From Vicugna vicugna (taxonomy: Eukaryota): DNA of 64,000 bases. This document shows positions 56,601-64,000 of this stretch, piece after piece; the stretch's first letter is position 1, and the number at the start of each line of letters is the position of its first letter. Location of the stretch: positions 310,001-374,000 of the forward strand of contig MU059829.1 of NCBI GenBank assembly GCA_013265495.1, written 5' to 3'. Below the pieces are notes generated by a model that worked only from the letters and a program-made list of their open reading frames with translations, was not told the DNA's origin and did no database searches. Made by a program: the position numbers and the translations under genes.

Positions 56601-59600
56601 GAGGTCCCGGGTTCAATCCCCAGTCCCTCCATTAAAAAATAATAAATAAATAAAACTTATTACCTCCCCACCCTCAATTTTTTAAAATTATATTCTCTTG
56701 AAATAATGCAGCTATCTTAATTTTTTTTAAATTTGTGGAGCTCTAGTAAGAGCCACAGGGGTTATAGGTTTCCTCTGGAAAGAAACCTGATTGGCACCAT
56801 GCATTTCAGAGTCTGAACTTTATCCTGGTTTCTCGTACATAGAAACCTGGTCATCTTTTTATGTTTTGCTACTTTTTGCCTTTACTTTTTAAAAAAAGTA
56901 ACCACCTTTTATTGGAATTAGACAACAGCTTTTAGCACAGTCACCCTCGTGAGTGAACAGTCTGAGTGAGAGCGCACGCTTTCCGCTGAGGCAACCACCA
57001 CAGTTCTTGAGAGAGGGAGCCAGGTCCTCTCAGAGGACGGTCAGCATTAGACACTTAGTTGAGTCTGAGTGAGGTGATGGCGGAGTACCCACCGCTACAC
57101 TGTGGTGGGGGTAGGGAGCCTGGTATCACAGATAAGGGTAAAATTAGAAAAACTCAGAGATTCCTGATTCACTGTGAAGCCCGCAAAGCCAACGAAAGAG
57201 GACACTGGGAAGCCCTGCTCTTTTCCTGACTTAGCCCTGATGAGGGGGTGACGTGGTGTGACAGCTGCTGTAGGCTGAATGTGTCCCTGCAAAAGTCCTA
57301 TGTTGAACTGTAACCCCCGGTGCGATGGTATTAGCAGGGGGGGCCCTTTGGGAGGGAACTGGGTCATGAGAGCAGAGCGCAGTGAATGAGGTCAGTGCCC
57401 TGATGAAAGCGGCCACAGGGAGCCACACCCCTTCCACCACGGGAACAGCAAAACGACAGCCAGTGAGGAGCCCGGAGGCCAGCTCTCATCAGACACCAGA
57501 CCTGCCCGTGCTGTGGTCTTGAACTTCTCAGCCTTCAGAACCCTGAGAAACAAATCTCTGCCATTTGTAAGTCACCCAGGATGCAGTATTTGTGACAGTG
57601 GCCCCAAGTGACGACAACAGTAGCTACGAGTGCAAACTGGAGCCAATTTATGCTGCTCTGAGCCTCAGTTCCAGCGTTTACTGAGACCTGAGGCAAATCA
57701 GTCCCCTCTGCACGGTGCCTGGTGTGTTGCTGTACGTCAAGTGCGGGGACCCAGGAAGCAGGACAGCAGTGTTGATGAGCTGTGACGAGGATTACCACCA
57801 GCATCCTCTAGTGTCCACAGTGGCCTGCACAGCTCCACCTTAAGAGTGCTGTGTGTGTGCCTGGGGTGGACAGCAGGGAGACATGAAAGTCCTGACAGAT
57901 AAGCTTATTTAGAAACCTCTCGAGGTTCAAGAGAGGAAAGAGAAGACAGATGTCTAAAATCATCCTTATTCAACAAATATCTACTGAGCGACAGCACTGT
58001 CTCCTTCCTCCACGGTGAAGGGCTGTCTGCCCTGAGCGCAGGGCCCGGAGGAGGCGGGAGGGACGGCCGCTCTGAGCTGCAGACCCGGGTTCCCCGGGGA
58101 CTTTCCAGGGTATGCCTTAGAGCACTGCCCGAGCGGGTTCCAGGCTTCCAGCTACGCCATCTTTTTACTACTCCCTGTTATGAAAGTGACTTTATTTTCT
58201 CCCTTGAACCAGGACACAGGATCTGACAAGAAAGAGTGTAGATATGCAGAATTTAAAATGTGGGAATGTGTGGTCCCAATAGTTTTAAGAAGGCCATGTT
58301 ATCGTCTCGTGATGCTTTATGCCCTTGAAATAGTACGAACTGCAACTGGGCTACTTCAGAATGAGTGATGGGAGATTTCATTACGTGACCATGGTAGTTC
58401 TTACTATCAATTCATACTCATTGCACCATTTCCTCCCACAATCTTATCTCTTATTTAAAAGGAGCTCCTATATTCTCCCAACACACCTTACGGAATGCAA
58501 CTTACAATATTTTAAAAGTTCATTCCATCACTAGGAAACTATTCTTTGGATTTGTAAGTGCTTACCACGTTGGAATCATCATGCATTTTCTTGCCAGTAA
58601 CTCCAGGGCATAGTGGGTGGCTGGGGCTGCAGGCTCTCCCAGGACTGTGCCCACAGAGACGGCCAGCTCCAGTTCATTCCCACGGATCAGGTACGCCATC
58701 GCCAGCTTGCGCAACGAGAAAACAACTTCTTCAGTTTCATAGATGCTGGGTAGGATCAGCATTCCCCGCCAAGCTCGTAAAGATGATAAAGTTATATTAA
58801 CCTACAGTCAGTTATCCTTATGAAATATTGAGTGTAGTATTTCTATAAAGTACTTATGTGAGAGCAACTGCAATTCTTAGGTAGAAAAGCTGATAAAGGG
58901 ACATACGGGAAATTTTATAAGATCGGAATTCAAGAGTTCTAGAACTTTTGCTCATATTTTTGTAATTAATTAATAACAGTCTCTCTGCAATATCCTCAAA
59001 GTCTCCTTCAGTCTCTATCAGAAAAAAATATATAAATTCTGAACATCTTCAATAGTGTATAATGATGATCAGTTATCCCTTAAGGCCAATATATCTAAGG
59101 ATACATGCAAAATAGAATCCGTGTCTGCACTTAATGGTTTCTTTATTACATTAGTAGGTCAAAGGAAAATACCTTAAAAACATAACTTGTGAAGAATATA
59201 CTAAAGTATTCATTAAAATAACTGCTTTCAAAAGTCAGGTGTTCTGAGTCTAACTGCAGTGATTTTCTCCCTTGCCACACTACTGCTTCTCATCTAAGAT
59301 GAGACGCTTAAAGTTAAAAAAAAGGTTGCTACAACTGTGTATCTTGTGATGAAATAAACAGATAAATAAAAGATCTTCTAGTCTGTAGAGTTCATCTGTG
59401 TTTATCAGGCACGTAATTGCTCAGGCATGGAAAGTGTGCAGAGCTAGATGTCACACAGAAAGTCACCGTATGTCGTCGCCTCAAACACCATGACACCTCT
59501 TGGGAGTTTTCATTCACACGAACAAGTCTGCAATGTTGTACCTCAATATTATCTACAGCGAGGTGGCAACACGCAGCCAGGACTGCTCGGCCCTCCTGGA

Positions 59601-62600
59601 AATACCACTCTGCCAGCTCGTTGCAGGCCTCCTGCAGGAGTCTGGGAAGAAAAAGCACACACAGTCGATACAAAAACAAGGACTCCGTCATGAAAGTGAA
59701 CTGATGCCTTTTTACAAGAAGCTGATTAAGGGACCAACCAGGCTTCAATCTGATATTCTTGGTTTAGGCGTAAAGCCTGATCTGGGGGGAAATATCAGGA
59801 ACACAGTCTTTCTTAGTAGATGAGCTGAGAAGCCACCTCCCCCTCCTCCAATTTTTCTTATTTCAGGAGAAAAGTCTCAATTCTCAGAATTTCCCATCCT
59901 ACACTCAATAATTTATGCCTCAGGCAGCTACAGAGGCAACTAACCTTAGAGAAATTACAGGCTGAACTGAAATTTCTCAAAATTTAGGTGGCGACCAGAA
60001 TAGGGGTGGTTATGTTAGATCTTTAAAATGCCAAGTTTAGAAACGGCAGAGGATCGCAGCAAAGGACCAGAAAGGAATACGTTAGTCCTAACACATTATT
60101 TGCTTAGCATTTTATGATCACGTTTTTTACTTGATAAACATCCTAAACATTTAAATATCCTATTTTCTAGGGTAATAACAGGAGCTAGGAGAAGATGTGG
60201 GGGAAGGTACATTAAATTTGAAAAAAGTCCAAAGGCTGAAGAATCCTAATTTCCATTTCTTTTAAAAATGTAAGTATTTGCACTTCATCTTTAAAAGGGG
60301 CCTTAATGTAATTCTAGACACTAATACTGGGTCGTGCATGGTGAGCAATGTCACCAAGACGTTAACTACTCTGAGTCTACAGTGAAACACTAATCTTACC
60401 TTTACTGTCCCCTCCTCCCCAGCAGGTTTGGTCAGTTTTTAAGGACTCAGCTGCTCCTGAAATGCAGCCTGCTTTTCTGGAAGCTGTACACATCGTGCGT
60501 AGGCTGTGTCTACACGCCTGGCGTTTCCCTGCGCATCTAGGGAGGGATGCTGTGATGGTACCTGATGGTGGTGAGGAGCCTGGTTGAGGAATGAGACAGC
60601 CAAGTCCTCTGTGCATGAAGAAGGCTAAACGACACGGCCCTCAAAAGCTCCTAAAGGGAAACCAGCCACACACACACAAAAACTGATTCCAAACAAAGAC
60701 TGAGTCGCTCACTCATTGAAGTCTCCCTTGCAGGTGTCAGCGGAACACCAAGATCCTTCAGGTGTAGAGACAGGCACAGTTTGCAGGTTTCCCTCACAAG
60801 CAGCCTGGGATTTAACACAACCTTTAATTAATCTTTAGCTAATTGTGGATAACTGACCAATCTCAGAACACTGTTTTGAACGAAGTATACTTAAATCAGG
60901 TTTGAAACTTGTATTACAATTTGGAGACAGCCTCAGAATTTGAGAAGGAAAAACTGGTGAACTCCACTGTGACTACCAACATGAAGCTCCAAGTAAATGG
61001 TTCAAGTGTACATAGAGTTCAGGAGCGTAGAGTAGGTCAGAGTTCAGGGATGCTTGTACGTTTAAAGATCCAAAATGAGCTCAGTGACCAGAGCAAAGAC
61101 AGTGTAGCTGAAATGTCGAGAAAGAAGGCCGGGAGGTGGGCTGATGCCAAGCCATCTACGACTTCACTCTGTCATTCAGTGCAACCCCCACCCCGTGTGC
61201 CACCCCCGCCCCACAGCGGGTGCAGCCCCTGCAGTTACGTGGTTGTACCTGTGCAACAAGCAGGGCTTCTTTAAGCTGACCTCTTGACATTAAAAAATTG
61301 ACTAATTTTTTCACATCACCAATGGCTATGCAGTATGGAATGACATCATCCTTATCTTCCTGGATTAACTGATCCGCTCTCCTAATAAAACAACAACAAT
61401 TTGTTTACACTATACTGATTTCAGGTTCTGGGCTGAGATTTTCTGAAATACTTAAAATATCTAAAATTTGAATCAGATTTCACAAAGACTTCGATTTTAT
61501 AACCACGTTGTATTTGGGAGACAAAAGTTTTCTGATATAATAAATACTATAGGTACTTGTTTTCCCTCAGAACACTATATAATTTCATATTATAAATGCA
61601 CTGAATATTTCAGGTCTTAAAATCAATGCAGCTTATTTATTAAAATGGGGACTATATCTTTCTGAAGATAAGTGGAGCCTATTATGTGAGATATCTACTC
61701 TCAATTGGATTATGCACATGTGGGTGTCCATTCATTAAAGAGAGATAATTTTAAATATTTTTGTTAGCACAAGAATGAATAAAAAGCCTCTAAACGCAGG
61801 TAGCCTCAAAATCATTAAAAAGAATAATACAAGAACATAAACATCAATAACAAAATGCAGAATACTGTTACTGCCCCCAGCAAGGTAGTGTAAAGAAAGA
61901 CAGATACGTGAGGGGAGAGGGGACCTGATCTTGGAGATTATGAAGGATATGTATGTGTCAGTCTGTAGCTGTCACAGTCTGTCTGTCTGTCTCTGTTTCT
62001 CTTACCCGATCTAAGTCCCAGGTACTTTCTCACGGACCAGCCTCGTTAATTCCACGCTTAATACAGAACCTCAGTTCTGTTGAAAGCTAATCAGGTATAT
62101 TTAATTTATGCTGGCAAGTGGATTAAACTACATTTCAATTGCCAACATTTGGGTGGGTGTAGTAGGTACTTTTTATGTTGTTTGCATCATTCACTCTTAA
62201 GTCTTCAATTCATTTGGCGCTATGACTGAGAGACTGCCAATCAATCTCTCTGAATGGCTGGATTCATAAAACATAAATTTATGAGTTGCAGGCAGATGAT
62301 TTTCTGGCCACCACGTGAAGCGGAGAGCAGAGAAAATCGGGTGCTGGTTTTCAAAGATAAATGGAAAAGATTTTTTGCTTCTCGGGTTGAAACAAAATTG
62401 TTTTGTGAAATAAATATCCTCTGCTAAGTGGACTGTATTCAAGAATCAGTGGAAGCAGTGACATTTACAGCTGTGCAGTGAGGGGACATAAGCTCAGAAT
62501 GACTCTGGATTCTTAGAGTTTAGGATAAGGAGCCTGGAGTCTGAGGGCTGGAGCCAACCTGTTGCATAACTGATCTGGGGACAGTAGGTGCGAGGGAACA

Positions 62601-63867
62601 GCTCACTTTCCCAAGGCTCATGTGTTAATCCTTCTGGATTTCATGCTTAGCCTCTGATTGATTTTATCAGTACATGTGAACCGCAGTGGAATCTGTTTTC
62701 TAAACCATGTCCTATGAAACAAAAACCAAACTTTTATTTTTAATGCCAGAAGCAAGGTAGCTACTCATTAAACAGAACTCCACAGTCATTGGCATGTAGT
62801 GAGCACTAAATGTTTGTGGAATGAATGAATAGAACAGAACAGAGAATAGTCTTCTGTTATGGGTTGAAATGTGTCCCCCCTCAAAAGGTACGCTGAAACC
62901 CTGACCCACAGTACCTGTGAACGTGGTCTGATTTGGAAATGGGGCCTTTGCAGACATAATTAGTTAAGACGGGGTTATACTGGATTAGGGTAAACCCGAG
63001 ATCTGATACGACTGGCATTTTATTTAAAAAAAAAAGGGGTAATTTGGACACAGAGGCCCATGTGCGGGATAATGCCACGTGAAGACAAGGGTGAGGCTGG
63101 GAGCCAAGGACTGTCGGTGACCATGGGAAGCCAGGGGGACAAGCATGGGCCTAATTCTCTCTCTAAACCTCCAGCAGGAAGCAGCCCTGCCAACAACTTG
63201 ACGGCAGACTTCTAGCCTCCAGAACCATGAGAGGACACATTTCTGTTGTTCTAAGCTCTGGGTTTGTGGTCCTTTGTTACAGCAGCACCAGGAAACCAAT
63301 ACACTTAGAGAAAAACCGTGTCCCTCTACTGCGTTCCAGAACAAGGACATTTAGTCAAGCGTGTTCGAGGGTAAGACTCTTCTTTACCATCAGCACCCAC
63401 CTTATGTCCATGCAGGGGACATGGCAGGAATTAGTATTTACAGAGAGAATTTCTGAGATTTTTTATAGAATATTTCATGAACTGTTCGTAACCTTCAAAT
63501 GTCTTACCACTTACATTTCAATAGCAATACATTAACCAGTGAGTATATTGCCTGATCTGTCATTTCTTCCACCAACTCAGTGAAATTTGCCTTCCGCTGC
63601 TTTTATCAGATGTCAGGGCAGATAAAGAACACCAAAATGACTTATGACTGATTCGTTTAATTTATTGTATAAGGAGATATGAAATTATCATTTAAAACAA
63701 CTTGAAAGTAAAAAAACCTCAAAAGCTACGATCATACTTCTACATTGCCTCTATTTTAACAAATCTTAGATCATCTGTCTGGACACGCACTCTCCGCCTT
63801 ACCTCTGCATCAGCTTCTTCCAGTATTTCACAGAGACCCCTGGTGCAACTGACAGGGCTTTGTCCCA
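44557..63867 (-). CDS. WDR17: WDR17 (WD repeat 17), 5'-partial: last 13 coding exons, 1413 nt (470 aa + stop)
   Basis: Minus-strand GT-AG exons splice in frame from WDKALSVAPGVSVKYWKKLMQR to ...DALMWAKVNPFSPLGTGIRLNPF*, the WDR17 C-terminus. Confidence 0.97.
46776..46959 (-). CDS. WDR17: WDR17 penultimate exon (184 nt): SSEESPCTPPSESQRMVYATLLKRL...GPDYVTGSNLPSHSD...KIQ
   Basis: aatatag|A ... CAG|gtacag. Confidence 0.95.
47283..47381 (-). CDS. WDR17: WDR17 exon (99 nt): QLLKRRKVSVPLKIEHLSEELDAWRACTQSIN
   Basis: ctttcag|T ... CCG|gtgagt. Confidence 0.95.
47902..47925 (+). repeat. (ATT)8 microsatellite
   Basis: Direct reading. Confidence 0.95.
48380..48900 (-). mobile_element. L2 fragment (purine-rich reversed L2 body)
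   Basis: Degenerate similarity (aagtaattggatgttgacagtgagg..ctgggtgacagaagtgtaatgataccatt). Confidence 0.5.
49810..50010 (+). mobile_element. Old MaLR LTR fragment (MLT1J/K-like)
   Basis: ggtcacacagcactggccagtgggatgtcagcg..actttccttcctgac. Confidence 0.45.
50212..50313 (-). CDS. WDR17: WDR17 exon (102 nt): ARNELLILCGYVGALLAIVRQYRSIVPALYEYT
   Basis: ctttcag|A ... AAG|gtaaaa. Confidence 0.96.
51270..51372 (-). CDS. WDR17: WDR17 exon (103 nt): GHIGSSDWSLDTVYPVLDLLSYIRTEKLMLHTCT
   Basis: tttgccag|GA ... CGA|gtgagt. Confidence 0.95.
51648..51789 (-). CDS. WDR17: WDR17 exon (142 nt): CKLPMVEECMRLAETAQANGNTFESVKYYLLSQEPEKALPIGIDFVK
   Basis: ttttctag|TGC ... AAG|gtaagt. Confidence 0.96.
52114..52206 (+). 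repeat. Dispersed direct repeat copy 1 (93 bp)
   Basis: Near-identical to 53673-53767 (2 substitutions, one CA-unit indel). Confidence 0.95.
53540..54150 (-). mobile_element. L1ME-type 3' end relic (fragmented)
   Basis: aaaattacccatagtctcaca..taactttgaacatttatcc..aaccatctccctctggctgaacattttagttgttt. Confidence 0.55.
53673..53767 (+). repeat. Dispersed direct repeat copy 2 (95 bp), within an old L1 3'-end relic
   Basis: Near-identical to 52114-52206. Confidence 0.95.
54340..54525 (+). mobile_element. MIR
   Basis: caagttcctcaccttctctgagttcactttctttgtaaattagga..gggtttgatgagaattgag..gcatatagcagaaactcataaatg. Confidence 0.7.
54669..54780 (-). CDS. WDR17: WDR17 exon (112 nt): NLAADLLLMTPDSELQLVKLCAFCPGCAEELNDLHEK
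   Basis: tgaatag|G ... AAG|gtgcgc. Confidence 0.95.
56417..56437 (-). CDS. WDR17: WDR17 21-nt microexon: (C)FPSVGY(R), symmetric phase 2-2, probably alternative
   Basis: attttctttttag|CTTTCCATCTGTTGGATACAG|gtatta; resembles CFPCVGY recalled from the long human isoform. Confidence 0.75.
56556..56683 (+). mobile_element. tRNA-Ala(AGC)-derived SINE (camelid Vic-type) with 15-bp TSD
   Basis: A/B boxes (agctcagtgg, gttcaatcc); AT-rich tail ending ttattacctcccc; TSD aaaatcatattctct (56541-56555) / aaaattatattctct (56684-56698). Confidence 0.92.
57266..57617 (+). mobile_element. MaLR solo LTR (MLT1A-like)
   Basis: tgctgtaggctgaatgtgtccc..gatggtattagcagggggggccctttgggag..cagccttcagaaccctgagaaacaaat. 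Confidence 0.85.
58566..58705 (-). CDS. WDR17: WDR17 exon (140 nt): LAMAYLIRGNELELAVSVGTVLGEPAAPATHYALELLARKCMMIPT
   Basis: gcgcaag|CTG ... GTG|gtaagc. Confidence 0.95.
59542..59641 (-). CDS. WDR17: WDR17 exon (100 nt): LLQEACNELAEWYFQEGRAVLAACCHLAVDNIE
   Basis: ttcccag|A ... GAG|gtacaa. Confidence 0.96.
60713..60804 (-). CDS. WDR17: WDR17 exon (92 nt): AACEGNLQTVPVSTPEGSWCSADTCKGDFN(E)
   Basis: atcccag|GCT ... TGA|gtgagc. Confidence 0.92.
61249..61381 (-). CDS. WDR17: WDR17 exon (133 nt): RADQLIQEDKDDVIPYCIAIGDVKKLVNFLMSRGQLKEALLVAQ
   Basis: ttattag|G ... CAG|gtacaa. Confidence 0.95.
62855..63303 (+). mobile_element. MaLR solo LTR (MLT1C-like)
   Basis: TGttatgggttgaaatgtgtcccc...cttctagcctccagaaccatgagagg..atttctgttgttctaagc..ggaaaccaataCA. 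Confidence 0.9.
63803..63867 (-). CDS. WDR17: WDR17 exon (65 nt): WDKALSVAPGVSVKYWKKLMQ(R)
   Basis: ttctag|TGG ... GAG|gtaagg on the minus strand. Confidence 0.95.
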
Positions 63868-64000
63868 CTAGAACCGGAGAAGGCAAAGCAGAAACACACC
63901 CACTTTGATTGTTCGGTCTAACTTTTTACGGAATTTTTAAATGAATTCATATTTACACCACAAGTTTTTTGAGTGTTTTGATACTGTTTGGATTTCCAGG

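Noticed and set aside
56557-56631. Apparent tRNA-Ala(AGC) gene (similar copies at 2311-2404 and 37640-37760)
   Set aside because: Mismatched acceptor and T stems, an AT-rich SINE tail and a 15-bp TSD identify it as a SINE, not a tRNA gene.

Overview
Mammalian genomic DNA, most likely camelid: there are tRNA-Ala-derived SINEs with an AT-rich/ACCTCCCC tail, and I saw no Alu, B1, Bov-tA or PRE-1. The window holds the conserved ASB5(+) - SPATA4(+) - WDR17(-) block, syntenic with human 4q34. ASB5 coding exons 2-7 span 20114-25944; the canonical exon 1 lies upstream of the window. SPATA4 is complete (34263-40910, CpG-island promoter with an RFX X-box). The last 13 coding exons of WDR17 run 63867->44557 and include a 21-nt microexon. 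All exon chains were assembled by hand and stay in frame. The rest is intronic/intergenic DNA with L1, L2, MIR, MaLR LTRs, Tigger/hAT MITEs, an ERV-L pol relic and a solo ERV LTR. No prokaryote-type system (CRISPR, operon) is present and I found no wholly new gene system. Best leads: (1) decay of the SPATA4 terminal exon (acceptor AG->AC plus two in-frame stops); (2) a solo LTR that could act as an alternative SPATA4 promoter; (3) a ~93-bp templated duplication in a WDR17 intron; (4) a WDR17 microexon/alternative-acceptor pair; (5) an L2-derived bidirectional poly(A) signal between the convergent SPATA4 and WDR17; (6) a candidate muscle-type alternative first exon of ASB5. All human protein and repeat-consensus comparisons are from memory and need database confirmation.
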